From contig JAQBHB010000015.1 in NCBI GenBank assembly GCA_032128115.1, positions 1 through 50,073 of the forward strand: a DNA stretch of 50,073 nt, in the 5' to 3' direction. The notes beneath the pieces are model-generated. The model saw only the letters and a list, made by a program, of their open reading frames with translations, did no database searches and was not told the DNA's origin. Made by a program: the position numbers and the translations under genes. The stretch is from Deltaproteobacteria bacterium. Lineage in GTDB: Bacteria > Myxococcota_A > UBA9160 > SMWR01. Shown one piece after another: positions 28,695 to 37,866 of the stretch. Each line of letters starts with the position of its first letter. The first letter of the stretch is position 1.

Positions 28695-29414
28695 GTGACC
28701 TCCCCGAGCGAGCGCGAGCCGACCCCCGGTCACGTGTTCCTGGCGTGGGGGGTCCACGCCTTCACGGCCAGCGGCGCGGTGGTGGGCACCGTCGCCCTGC
28801 TTGCGGTGGTGAGCGGCGAGTTCCGAAGCGCCGTCCTGCTGATGCTGGTGGCCCTGAGCATCGATGCGGTGGACGGCAGCCTGGCGCGCCGGGTGGAGGT
28901 CGAGCGGGTGCTTCCGCGCCTGGACGGGCGCCGCCTGGACGACATCGTCGACTACTTCAACTACGTGCTGGTGCCGGCCGTCTTCCTGGTGGCCACCGGC
29001 GCCGTGAGCCACTGGTTCTGGGCTTCGCTCCCGATCCTGGCCAGCGCTTACGGCTTCTCCCAGACCGCCGCCAAGACCAAAGACGGCTTCTTCCTGGGCT
29101 TTCCCTCCTACTGGAACGTGATCGCGATCTATGCGTGGCTGCTTGGCGTCACGCCGACGCTCGTGAACTTCGTGGTGGCAGTCTTCGCAGCGCTGGTCTT
29201 CGTACCTTTCAAGTACATCTATCCCAGCAGGCTCACGGTGCTGCGGAGCACCACCGTGGGCCTGGCCAGTGCGTGGCTGGTGCTGCTCACCTATGCGGTG
29301 CTCAACCCGGAGAATGCCTCCCGCTACTGGCTCGCGGAGCTCTCCCTGTTCTTCCCCATCTACTACTTCGCCCTCTCCTTCCGACTCGGCGGCCTGCACC
29401 GTCCGGGCGCCTGA
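28695..29414 (+). CDS. pcs: phosphatidylcholine synthase-like CDP-alcohol phosphatidyltransferase
   Basis: VHAFTASG, DAVDGSLAR..LDDIVDY and FLGFPSYWNV are typical of the Pcs subfamily. Confidence 0.8.
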   Translation: MTSPSEREPTPGHVFLAWGVHAFTASGAVVGTVALLAVVSGEFRSAVLLMLVALSIDAVDGSLARRVEVERVLPRLDGRRLDDIVDYFNYVLVPAVFLVATGAVSHWFWASLPILASAYGFSQTAAKTKDGFFLGFPSYWNVIAIYAWLLGVTPTLVNFVVAVFAALVFVPFKYIYPSRLTVLRSTTVGLASAWLVLLTYAVLNPENASRYWLAELSLFFPIYYFALSFRLGGLHRPGA

Positions 29415-29431
29415 GGCGATACCCTCGATCC

Positions 29432-30460
29432 ATGTCCGATCTGCGCGTCGGCGTACTGCTGGTCAACCTGGGCACGCCCGCGTCGCCCTCGGCGGGCGAC
29501 GTGCGCCGCTACCTGCGGGAATTCCTGAGTGACCCGCGCGTGATCGACCTGCCCGCGCTCTCGCGCTTCATGCTGCTGAATTTCGCGATCCTGCCGTTCC
29601 GGCCGCGGGTTTCGGCCCGCGCCTACCGCAAGATCTGGACCGCCGAAGGATCGCCGCTGCTGGTGAACGGGCGCGCGCTTCGGGCCGGCGTGGCCAGGGC
29701 GCTGGGCGGCGGCTACGTGGTGGAACTGGGTATGCGCTATGGAAGCCCGTCGATCGCCGGGGCCCTTGCGCGGCTGGCCGCCGCGGACGTGGCGCGCATC
29801 GTGGTGCTGCCCCTGTTTCCCCAGTACTCGGAGGCCGCCACCGGATCCGCAGTGGCCCGGGTGATGCAGGCCGTGCGGCAGCTGGCGAGCATTCCGCCGG
29901 TGGAGACCCTGGGTCCCTTCTACGACGCCCCCGGCTTCATCTCGGCGTTCGCCAGCGTGGCGCGCTCGCGACTGGACGCCTTCCGACCCGAGTTCGTGTT
30001 GTTCAGCTACCACGGCCTTCCCGAGCGCCAGATCCGGCGCAGCGACGTCCTGGGAGGCCACTGCCTCTCCCGTGCCAGCTGCTGCGATACGGTGAGCGAC
30101 GTCAACCGCCGCTGCTACCGGGCCCACTGCTTCGCCACCACCCGGGCCCTGGCGGCGGCGCTGGATCTCGATCCCGAGTCGCACGCGGTCGCGTTCCAGT
30201 CGCGCCTGGGGCGCACGCCGTGGATCCGACCCTACACGGACCAGGTGCTGCCGGAACTCGCCAAGCGGGGTGTGAAGCGACTCGCGGTGATGTGCCCCGC
30301 GTTCGTGGCCGACTGTCTGGAGACCCTGGAGGAGATCGGAATGCGCGGCCGCAAGCAGTGGTACGAGCTGGGCGGCGACGACCTGCTCCTGGTCCCCTCC
30401 CTCAACGCCGACCCCGCCTGGATCTCCGTCGTCGCCGAGAGCATCCGCAACGCCGCCTAG
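29432..30460 (+). CDS. hemH: ferrochelatase with a Cys-rich internal insert
   Basis: LLVNLGTP, GSPL, PLFPQYS, FSYHGLP, FQSR and DCLETLEE. Confidence 0.95.
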   Translation: MSDLRVGVLLVNLGTPASPSAGDVRRYLREFLSDPRVIDLPALSRFMLLNFAILPFRPRVSARAYRKIWTAEGSPLLVNGRALRAGVARALGGGYVVELGMRYGSPSIAGALARLAAADVARIVVLPLFPQYSEAATGSAVARVMQAVRQLASIPPVETLGPFYDAPGFISAFASVARSRLDAFRPEFVLFSYHGLPERQIRRSDVLGGHCLSRASCCDTVSDVNRRCYRAHCFATTRALAAALDLDPESHAVAFQSRLGRTPWIRPYTDQVLPELAKRGVKRLAVMCPAFVADCLETLEEIGMRGRKQWYELGGDDLLLVPSLNADPAWISVVAESIRNAA

Positions 30461-30479
30461 TTCGGTGAACTAGGCGACG
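30451..30479. terminator. hairpin between convergent hemH and hemY, possible bidirectional terminator
   Basis: CGCCTAGTTC-GGT-GAACTAGGCG forms a perfect 10-bp stem containing both TAG stops; no U-tract. Confidence 0.55.
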
Positions 30480-31831
30480 GATTCGTTGACCTCGCGGGCG
30501 GCGCGCACGCCGGAGGCGAGCGTGTCGGAAACGCCCACGCCGTCCAGGTACGAGCCGGCCAGGGCGATACCCGGGAGCTTGCCAAGCGCTTCCCGAACGG
30601 CCGCGATCTGGCGCGCGTGCGCACGTCCCGGCTGGGGGATGGCGCGGCGCCAGCGCGCGACGCCGAGTCTTTTGGGCTCCGCGCGCAACCCCAGGGTGGT
30701 CTCCAGGTCGCCGATGGCCTGCTGGATCACCACCTCGTCGGGAAGTTCCACGGCCTCGCGCCAGCGCACGCCGCCAAGCATGCACTGCAACAGTTCGCTG
30801 CCCTTTGGCGCGCGGTTGGGGAACAGGCGGCTCATGAACAAACACCCCAGCAGGGACAGCCCCGCCTCGCGCGGTATCAGGAAGCCGAAGCCGGAAATTC
30901 GCTCCCGCACCTGCTCCGGATCGACGCCCAGGGGAACGCTCACGATCGGCGCGTACTCGACGGAGGCCAGCGTGTCCGAGATCTGACTGCCCACGCCGCT
31001 CAGGATCTCCGCAGCGTCGTAGGCGGGCGTGGCAATCACCACGCGCCGCGTGCGGAAGCGCTGGGCGCCGGTGGCGCCGGCCACCGACACCTGCCAGTGT
31101 TGTCCCTCCAGGCGAACGCCCGTGACGCGAGTGCCCAGGGCCGGCGGTTCCACCAGCAACCCCGACAGGTGTCGCGCAAAGGGCCCCAGGCCGTCGGCCG
31201 TCGAATACGTGCCGCGCAGTCCGCGCGGCCTGCGACGCGTCGCGGACAACAGCCCGCCGATCACGAGCGAACGGTGACGACGCTCCAGGTCGGTGAGGCC
31301 CGGAAAGACCGCATCGGCCCCCAGCTGCTGTTCGTTGCCGGCGTACAGACCCGTGAGGAAGGGGCCCACCAGTCGCGTCACCACTTCGGGGCCCAGGCGC
31401 CGCCCCACGAACTCGGCCACCGATTCGTTGGAAGCGTCGCCACGCCGCAGAAAGGGCTCGGCCAACAGGCGCAGCTTGCCGCGACCCGAAAGCAGGCCGG
31501 ATCCGGCGAGAGCCAGCGGCGACAAGGGCACGCGCTGGAGGCGGCCGTCCTGGTACAGATGGCGGGTACGACTCTCGGGCTCGGCGGGGATCAGGCGCTT
31601 GTCCAGCTCCAGGCGCCGCATCAGTGCCAACATGGGCGCCTTCACCTGCACGGTGTTGGGACCGCGCTCTACCACGTAACCACTCACGTGGTCGGTGCGC
31701 AGCATGCCGCCCGGTCGATCCGAGGCATCGATCACGAGGATCTCGCGGGTCGTGCTCTGGAGTTCCAGGGCGGCTGCCAACCCGGCGATCCCGGCTCCCA
31801 CCACGAATGCGCCGATTTCGGGAGCCGTCAC
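30470..31831 (-). CDS. hemY: protoporphyrinogen oxidase, FAD-dependent HemY type
   Basis: VGAGIAGL, ERGPN, ESVAEFVGRRLG, GFGFLIP and AIPQ. Confidence 0.9.
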   Translation of the reverse strand: MTAPEIGAFVVGAGIAGLAAALELQSTTREILVIDASDRPGGMLRTDHVSGYVVERGPNTVQVKAPMLALMRRLELDKRLIPAEPESRTRHLYQDGRLQRVPLSPLALAGSGLLSGRGKLRLLAEPFLRRGDASNESVAEFVGRRLGPEVVTRLVGPFLTGLYAGNEQQLGADAVFPGLTDLERRHRSLVIGGLLSATRRRPRGLRGTYSTADGLGPFARHLSGLLVEPPALGTRVTGVRLEGQHWQVSVAGATGAQRFRTRRVVIATPAYDAAEILSGVGSQISDTLASVEYAPIVSVPLGVDPEQVRERISGFGFLIPREAGLSLLGCLFMSRLFPNRAPKGSELLQCMLGGVRWREAVELPDEVVIQQAIGDLETTLGLRAEPKRLGVARWRRAIPQPGRAHARQIAAVREALGKLPGIALAGSYLDGVGVSDTLASGVRAAREVNESVA

Positions 31832-31832
31832 C

Positions 31833-33245
31833 TCAGACCGTCTTGCTGAACAGCGGGCGCCCCTGCCGCTGCTGCTCGCCCAGGTAGGCGTCGAACACCA
31901 TGGCCACGTTGCGCACGAGCAGCCTCCCCAGCGGCGTCAGGGAAAGCCCCCCCCCCTCCCCGATCTCCAGCAGCCCATCGGCCGCGTGCTGCGCCAGGCA
32001 CCCGAGCTCTCGGGCATAGGCGGCTCCGAAGCCGCGCCCGAAGCGGGCCTCGAACTCGTCGGCGCGCACCTGGCCGTGGCACAGGATGCGCTCGATGATC
32101 CAGCGGCGCTCCTGGTCGTCGTCCGAAAGCCGGAAGCCCCGCATGGTGGCGACGCCACTTCGGTCCACGGCCTCTTCCCAGGCGGCCAGATCCCGGTGCG
32201 ACTGGGCATAGCTCCCGCGCAGCTCACTGATGGCGCTGGGCCCGAAGCCGATCAGATCGACCCCCGCCTGGGTGGTGTGTCCCATGAAATTGCGGCGAAG
32301 GCTGCGGTCGTCCAGGGCGAGCGAGAGTTCATCGTCGGGTCGAGCGAAGTGGTCGAGGCCGATGAAGCGATAGCCTTCGTCGAGGAAGCGCCGGATGGCG
32401 CTCAGCATGATCCGCACCTTGGTAGCCGCGTCCGGCAGGTCTTTGCGTTCGAACCCCCGCTGCTGCTTGGCCAGCCACGTGACGTGGGCGTATGAATACA
32501 GGGCAATGCGATCGGGCCCCATGTCGAGCACCCGGTCCAGGCTGCGCGCGAAGCTTTTCTCGGTCTGGTATGGGAGCCCGTAGATCAGATCGAAGTTCAC
32601 GCTTTCGAATCCGGACGCCCGCGACCTCTCCACCAGTGCCGCCGTCTGCTCCGGCGGCTGGATGCGGTGGATGGCCTCCTGCACGCGCGGCTCCACGTCC
32701 TGCACCCCCATGGAGATGCGATTGAAGCCGCACTCGCGCAGGGCGTCCACATGCTCTGGGCGGGTGACCCGCGGGTCCACCTCGATCGAAACTTCGGCGC
32801 CCTCGCGCATGGGAAAGGCGTCGCTCAGCGTCCGATACAGACGGCGGATCTGGTCGGGCGAAAGATGCGTGGGCGTCCCGCCTCCCCAGTGCTGCTGCGA
32901 TGCGCTGCGCGATTCCCCCACGGCTTCGTGCACAGCGGCCACCTCGCGCTCGATCACGTCCAGGTAGCGCGCCGGAAGCTCCGGCTTGCGCGTGATCACC
33001 TTGTTGCAGGCGCAGAAGTGGCAGAGGCTCTCGCAGAAGGGCACGTGGACGTAGAGCGACAGGCCCTCGGTCGCCGCGTCGCCCCGGCTCCCCGGGGCGA
33101 GATCCTCGCGAAACTGGGCGGATCCGTAGTCTTCCTTCCAGACCGGTGCCGTGGGGTAGCTGGTGTAGCGCGGCCCCTCGATGGCATAGCGCGGCAGGAT
33201 CGCCTCGATCCGGTCCAGGTCCAGGTCGAACGGGGCGCCACTCAT
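31833..33245 (-). CDS. hemN: oxygen-independent coproporphyrinogen III oxidase
   Basis: GPRYTSYPTA, YVHVPFCESLCHFCAC, GGGTP, RNFMG and FSKTV C-terminus. Confidence 0.94.
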   Translation of the reverse strand: MSGAPFDLDLDRIEAILPRYAIEGPRYTSYPTAPVWKEDYGSAQFREDLAPGSRGDAATEGLSLYVHVPFCESLCHFCACNKVITRKPELPARYLDVIEREVAAVHEAVGESRSASQQHWGGGTPTHLSPDQIRRLYRTLSDAFPMREGAEVSIEVDPRVTRPEHVDALRECGFNRISMGVQDVEPRVQEAIHRIQPPEQTAALVERSRASGFESVNFDLIYGLPYQTEKSFARSLDRVLDMGPDRIALYSYAHVTWLAKQQRGFERKDLPDAATKVRIMLSAIRRFLDEGYRFIGLDHFARPDDELSLALDDRSLRRNFMGHTTQAGVDLIGFGPSAISELRGSYAQSHRDLAAWEEAVDRSGVATMRGFRLSDDDQERRWIIERILCHGQVRADEFEARFGRGFGAAYARELGCLAQHAADGLLEIGEGGGLSLTPLGRLLVRNVAMVFDAYLGEQQRQGRPLFSKTV

Positions 33246-34291
33246 CGGGGAGCCAGAGCGCGAGCGGCATCGGTGAAGGCGCGCACCCCCGCTACCGGGG
33301 TGTCCGGAAGGCAGCCGTGCCCGAGGTTGAGGATGTGCCCACGAGCCGGCGCTGCGGCGTCCGCGATTTCGCGCACCCACTGGAAGATCCGCTCCCGGGG
33401 CGCCGCCAGGGCCGACGGATCCAGGTTGCCCTGCAGGCTCGCTCGCGTTCCCACGCGACGGGCGGCCTCGGCAAGATCCACGCGCCAGTCGAGCGACAGT
33501 ACGTCGGCGCCCGATTCGATCATGGCATCGAGAACATGTGCGCCGCCCTTCACATAGAGCACCAGTGGCGCGTCGGCGCCCTGAAGCTTGGCAGCGATCT
33601 CCTTGTGGGTCGGGAGCACCCACTCCCGGTAGTCGGCCGGCGAAAGCAGCCCCGCCCAGGTGTCGAAGAGCTGCACCACCTGGGCGCCGGCCTCCACCTG
33701 GGCCTCGAGGTACCCCACCACCAGCTCGGTCAACCGCGCCAGCAGGGCGCGCAGCACCTCCGGCGCCTGGTGGATCATGCGCTTGAGAGTCGCGAACTCG
33801 CCCCCGCCCCGCCCCTCGACCAGATACGCCGCCAGGGTGAAGGGCGCTCCCGAGAATCCCAACAGCGGAATCGAGGCCGGCGCCAGCTCGGCTCGCAGGC
33901 AGCGCAGGATCTCGAACACGTAGGGCACCGACTCTCGCGGGTCCGGCACGCGAAGTGCCTCCACCTGGTGCAGGGATCGGATCGGATCGGCCACGATCGG
34001 GCCGGGCTGGAATTCCAGGTCCACGCCCATACCCAGGACCGGCACGAAGATGTCCGAGAACAGGATCACCGCCTCGGCCCCCACCAGGCGCGTCGGAAGC
34101 AGCGACACCTCGACCGCACGCTCCACGTTTCGGCACAGGTCCATGAAACCCAACTGCTCGCGGATGCGCCGGTACTCGGGCAGATAGCGGCCGGCCTGAC
34201 GCATGAGCCAGACGGGCGGCCGGTCGACCGGCTCGCCCCGGCACGAGCGCAGCAGGCGCGCCGTGGGGTCGAGGGAGTCGGGCCCGGTCAT
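33242..34291 (-). CDS. hemE: uroporphyrinogen decarboxylase
   Basis: PVWLMRQAGRYLPEY, FSDI, QGNLDP and NLGHG. Confidence 0.96.
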   Translation of the reverse strand: MTGPDSLDPTARLLRSCRGEPVDRPPVWLMRQAGRYLPEYRRIREQLGFMDLCRNVERAVEVSLLPTRLVGAEAVILFSDIFVPVLGMGVDLEFQPGPIVADPIRSLHQVEALRVPDPRESVPYVFEILRCLRAELAPASIPLLGFSGAPFTLAAYLVEGRGGGEFATLKRMIHQAPEVLRALLARLTELVVGYLEAQVEAGAQVVQLFDTWAGLLSPADYREWVLPTHKEIAAKLQGADAPLVLYVKGGAHVLDAMIESGADVLSLDWRVDLAEAARRVGTRASLQGNLDPSALAAPRERIFQWVREIADAAAPARGHILNLGHGCLPDTPVAGVRAFTDAARALAPR

Positions 34292-35433
34292 CAGTAGCCG
34301 TTGAGTCGCGCCCAGCGATCTCGATGGTAGGCGGCGTCGCCGAACGTCACCTCGGCGGCCCGTGCGCGCTTCAGGTAGAAACCGATGTCGTGCTCGTCGG
34401 TCATTCCGATTCCGCCGTGCATCTGGACCGACTCGTTGGCCACCAGCATGGCGGTGTCCGAACAGCGGGCCTTGGCCAGCGAAACCAGTCGGGGGGTCTC
34501 GTCGAGTTCCGCGTCCACGGCGCGCGCGGCGGCCATGGTGACCGAGCGACACAGCTCGATCTCGATGAACTGGTGGGCGGCCCGGTGCTTGAGGGCCTGG
34601 AAGCTCCCGATGGGTGCGCCGAACTGCTCCCGTTGCCTCAAGTACGTGAGCGTGCGGTCGAACGCCTCGGACATGGAGCCGAGCATCTCGGCGCAAAGAC
34701 CCACACAGGCCCGGTCGACCACGCGCTCCAGCAGGTCGCCGCCCTCGCCCAGTGTCCCCACCACGTCGCCCTCGCCCACCGAAACACCGGCAAGCCGCAC
34801 CCGCGCCGCTGCCCGGCCGTCCACGCGCTGCTGGGGCTCGATGGTCAGGCCCGCCGCGCCCCGCGGCACGGCAAACACGCTGATGCCGTGGGCATCGCGC
34901 TCGTCCCCAACGCTTCGCGCCGACACCAGCAGGCAATCGGCCGTGGCCCCGTCAAGCACCTGGATCTTCTCGCCGGTCAAGCTCCAGCCGGACCCGCCGG
35001 ACTCGGCGCGGGTGGCCACCCGCCGCAGGTCGTAGCGGCTGCGCGCCTCCTGGTAGGCCAGCGTCAGGTTCGCGTCTCCGGCGGTCAGCCTCGGCAACCA
35101 CGCCCTTTTCGCCGCCTCGCTTCCGCCGAGCAGCAGGGCCTGGCCGCCAAGCAGCACACTGGAAAGGAAGGGTTCCGGCGCCAGGGTCCGGCCCAGCGCC
35201 TCGAGCACCACGGCCAGCTCGGAAAGTCCCATGCCCGCGCCCCCGTAGTTCTCGGGGATCGGGATGCCCAACCAGCCCAGCTCGGCCATCTGCTTCCAAA
35301 GGGAACGTGAGAAGCCCTCCGGGTCGGCCGAGTCGCGCAGCGCGCGAACGCGGCTCACGGGGGAGTGGTCCGCCACGAAGTCGGCGGCGGTCTTGGCCAG
35401 GAGTTCCTGGTCTTCGCTGAGGACGAGCTGCAC
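34291..35433 (-). CDS. acyl-CoA dehydrogenase, probable non-catalytic subunit of a heteromeric pair
   Basis: LSEDQELL, REQFGAPIGSFQALKH and QMHGGIGMTDE; the TFGD end lacks the usual catalytic Glu; GTG start after GGAG. Confidence 0.88.
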   Translation of the reverse strand: MQLVLSEDQELLAKTAADFVADHSPVSRVRALRDSADPEGFSRSLWKQMAELGWLGIPIPENYGGAGMGLSELAVVLEALGRTLAPEPFLSSVLLGGQALLLGGSEAAKRAWLPRLTAGDANLTLAYQEARSRYDLRRVATRAESGGSGWSLTGEKIQVLDGATADCLLVSARSVGDERDAHGISVFAVPRGAAGLTIEPQQRVDGRAAARVRLAGVSVGEGDVVGTLGEGGDLLERVVDRACVGLCAEMLGSMSEAFDRTLTYLRQREQFGAPIGSFQALKHRAAHQFIEIELCRSVTMAAARAVDAELDETPRLVSLAKARCSDTAMLVANESVQMHGGIGMTDEHDIGFYLKRARAAEVTFGDAAYHRDRWARLNGY

Positions 35434-35452
35434 GTGGATTCTCCAGCGCGGG

Positions 35453-36661
35453 CTAGTCGGGTAGCCCGAGAACGCGCTTGGCAATGATGTTGAGCTGGAT
35501 CTCCGAGGTTCCGCCTTCGATCGAGTTTCCGCGCGCGCGCAACCATTGGCGCGTGCGCGTCAGCTCGTCTTCGTCGAAGCCCGGGCCCTCCCAACCCAGA
35601 CCGCCGGGGCCGGCGATCCGGACCGCCAGATCCGTGCGCCGCTTGTTGAGCTCGGTGGCGTAGATCTTGAAAAGCGAGCTCTCGGGTCCGGGCTGGTGCC
35701 CCGCCTTGGCCGCGTCGCGCGCGCGTTGCACGGTGAGCAGAAACGCCCTCTCGTCCAGCTCGCAACGGGCGATCTCGTCGCGCAGCACCGGATCGGCCAG
35801 GGCCGGATCGCCCCCCACGTAGTCGCGGGCCAGCTCGCCCAGGGCGCTGCTCCCGTTCGACTTCTTGTTGCCGCCACCGAAGCTCCCGAAGACGTCGGCG
35901 ATCATGGTGCGCTCGTGCCCCAACAACGCCTTGGCCACCGTCCAGCCCCCGTGAATCTCTCCGATCACGTTGGCCACGGGCACGCGCACGTCTTCGAAGC
36001 GCGTCTCGCAGAAGGGAGACTTGCCGCTGATCAGGCCGATGGGGCTCACGCTCACGCCCGGGTCGTCCATGTCGATCAGCAGGAACGTGATGCCCTCCTG
36101 CTTCACGGCGTCCGGGTCGCTGCGCACCAGCGCGAAGATCCAATCGGAGAGGTCGGCGTACGACGTCCACACCTTGGTGCCGTTCACCACGAAGTGATCC
36201 CCATCGCGCACGGCGCGGGTGGCCAGCGACGCCAGGTCGGAGCCTGCGTCGGGCTCCGAGTAACCCTGACACCAGCGGATCTCTCCCCGACAGATGCGCG
36301 GAAGGTGCTCGCGCTTCTGTTCTTCGTTCCCGAATCGGAGCAGGGTGGGCCCGATCATGGTGAGGCCGAAGCCGGTGAGCGGCGGCGGCAGCCGAAGCTT
36401 CGCCATTTCCTGGGAGAGCACGCGGGCGGCGGCCGGCTCGAGCCCTCCCCCGCCGTAATCGCGGGGCCAGGTGGGCGCCGTCCAGCCGCGCGCCGCGGCG
36501 ACCTCGAGCCAGATCTTCATCTCCGGGGGGTCGAACACGGCGCGGCGCCCCCCCCAGTTGCCGCCACTTTCGGCGGTGACCTGGATGCCGCGAACCGCCC
36601 GGGGTGCGTTGGCGTCCAGCCAGGCGTGGGCCTCGGCGCGGAAGCTCTCGAGATCGGCCAT
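35453..36661 (-). CDS. acyl-CoA dehydrogenase, probable catalytic subunit
   Basis: [30 protein letters not shown] and IEGGTSEIQ. Confidence 0.92.
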   Translation of the reverse strand: MADLESFRAEAHAWLDANAPRAVRGIQVTAESGGNWGGRRAVFDPPEMKIWLEVAAARGWTAPTWPRDYGGGGLEPAAARVLSQEMAKLRLPPPLTGFGLTMIGPTLLRFGNEEQKREHLPRICRGEIRWCQGYSEPDAGSDLASLATRAVRDGDHFVVNGTKVWTSYADLSDWIFALVRSDPDAVKQEGITFLLIDMDDPGVSVSPIGLISGKSPFCETRFEDVRVPVANVIGEIHGGWTVAKALLGHERTMIADVFGSFGGGNKKSNGSSALGELARDYVGGDPALADPVLRDEIARCELDERAFLLTVQRARDAAKAGHQPGPESSLFKIYATELNKRRTDLAVRIAGPGGLGWEGPGFDEDELTRTRQWLRARGNSIEGGTSEIQLNIIAKRVLGLPD

Positions 36662-36772
36662 GGGGGGTCTCCTCCCAGGGATGTCGCAGGGCCCAGGGAT
36701 GCCGCACGGGTCCGCGGGTCTGCGATCGGACGCGACGGGTGGCCGCCGGGTCGTGATGCTAGCCCCCCGCGA

Positions 36773-36842
36773 ACGGGCGCGGAAGGCGGGTTGCGGCCTC
36801 GGCCCCGCAGACGGGCGCGCGAAGGCGGGTTGCGGCCTCGGC
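36773..36842. repeat. 31/32-bp direct repeat upstream of ispH
   Basis: ACGGGCGCG(C)GAAGGCGGGTTGCGGCCTCGGC at 36773 and 36811. Confidence 0.85.
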
Positions 36843-36854
36843 TACACTGGCCCC

Positions 36855-37784
36855 ATGCAGATCCGACTCGCTACGCCGCGCGGCTTCTGCGCGGGAGTCG
36901 ATCGGGCCATCGAGATCGTCGAGCTGGCCCTCGAGCGGTTTGGCCCCCCCATCTACGTGCGCCACGAGATCGTCCACAACCGCCACGTCGTGGAGGGCCT
37001 GCGCGCCAAGGGTGCGGTGTTCGTGGAATCGCCCGGTGAAGTTCCGCCCGGTTCGCTGCTGATCTTCAGCGCCCACGGCGTGTCGCCCTCGGTCTGGGAG
37101 GAGTCGGAAGCGCGCGGGCTGCGCGTGATCGACGCCACCTGCCCCCTGGTGACCAAGGTGCACGTGGAGGCCCTGCGCATGGCGAAGCAGGACTGCGACA
37201 TCGTGCTGATCGGGCACGAGGGACACGTCGAGGTGGAAGGCACCATGGGCCACGCGCCCGATCGCATCCACCTGGTGCAGTCCGTGGCCGACGTCGCAAC
37301 GCTACAAGTGCGCGACCCCACCCGGCTGGGCTGCGTCACCCAGACGACCCTGTCCCTGGACGACACCCGGGAAATCATGGCGGCTCTGGAAGCACGCTTC
37401 CCGCGGATGGTGAAGCCCCGCAAGGACGACATCTGCTACGCCACCCAGAACCGTCAGACCGCCGTGAGGGAACTGACTCGCGATGCCCAGGTGGTGATCG
37501 TGGTGGGTGCTCCCGAGTCGTCCAACAGCAACCGCCTGGTGGAGCTGGCCACGAAGACCGGCGCCCGCGGCTACCTGGTGCAGCAGGCCTCGGACATCGA
37601 TCCCGACTGGCTCGACGGGGTGTCGTGCGTCGGGGTGACGGCGGGCGCATCGGCCCCGGAGATCCTGGTAACCCGGGTGGTGGACCGACTTCGCGAGCTC
37701 GCTGACGGCGACGTCGAGATGTTGGCTCCGCCGCCGGTGGACGAAGGCGTGACGTTCCAGCTTCCCGTGGCCCTGCGTTCGTAG
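36855..37784 (+). CDS. ispH: 4-hydroxy-3-methylbut-2-enyl diphosphate reductase
   Basis: [36 protein letters not shown] and TAGASAPE. Confidence 0.97.
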   Translation: MQIRLATPRGFCAGVDRAIEIVELALERFGPPIYVRHEIVHNRHVVEGLRAKGAVFVESPGEVPPGSLLIFSAHGVSPSVWEESEARGLRVIDATCPLVTKVHVEALRMAKQDCDIVLIGHEGHVEVEGTMGHAPDRIHLVQSVADVATLQVRDPTRLGCVTQTTLSLDDTREIMAALEARFPRMVKPRKDDICYATQNRQTAVRELTRDAQVVIVVGAPESSNSNRLVELATKTGARGYLVQQASDIDPDWLDGVSCVGVTAGASAPEILVTRVVDRLRELADGDVEMLAPPPVDEGVTFQLPVALRS

Positions 37785-37850
37785 CCCGCGTTCGTAGCCC
37801 CGGTCGGGGCGCTGGTCGTAGCCCCGGTCGGGGCCCCGGTCGGGGCGCTG
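37775..37850. repeat. cluster of short direct repeats and palindromes
   Basis: GCGTTCGTAGCCC twice and GCCCCGGTCGGGGC three times (37797, 37821, 37833). Confidence 0.8.
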
Positions 37851-37866
37851 CTACGCTGCGCGCCCC

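Noticed and set aside
28745..34936. Apparent fusions or long N-terminal extensions in the ORF track (hemH from 28745, hemN from 34244, hemE from 34936, also several sulfatase-fold ORFs)
   Set aside because: The extensions overlap neighbouring genes in another frame; the true starts lie at stop/start overlaps or promoter-proximal codons.
36674..37850. Repeats around ispH as a CRISPR array
   Set aside because: There are only 2-3 copies, with no unique spacers of regular length and no cas genes.
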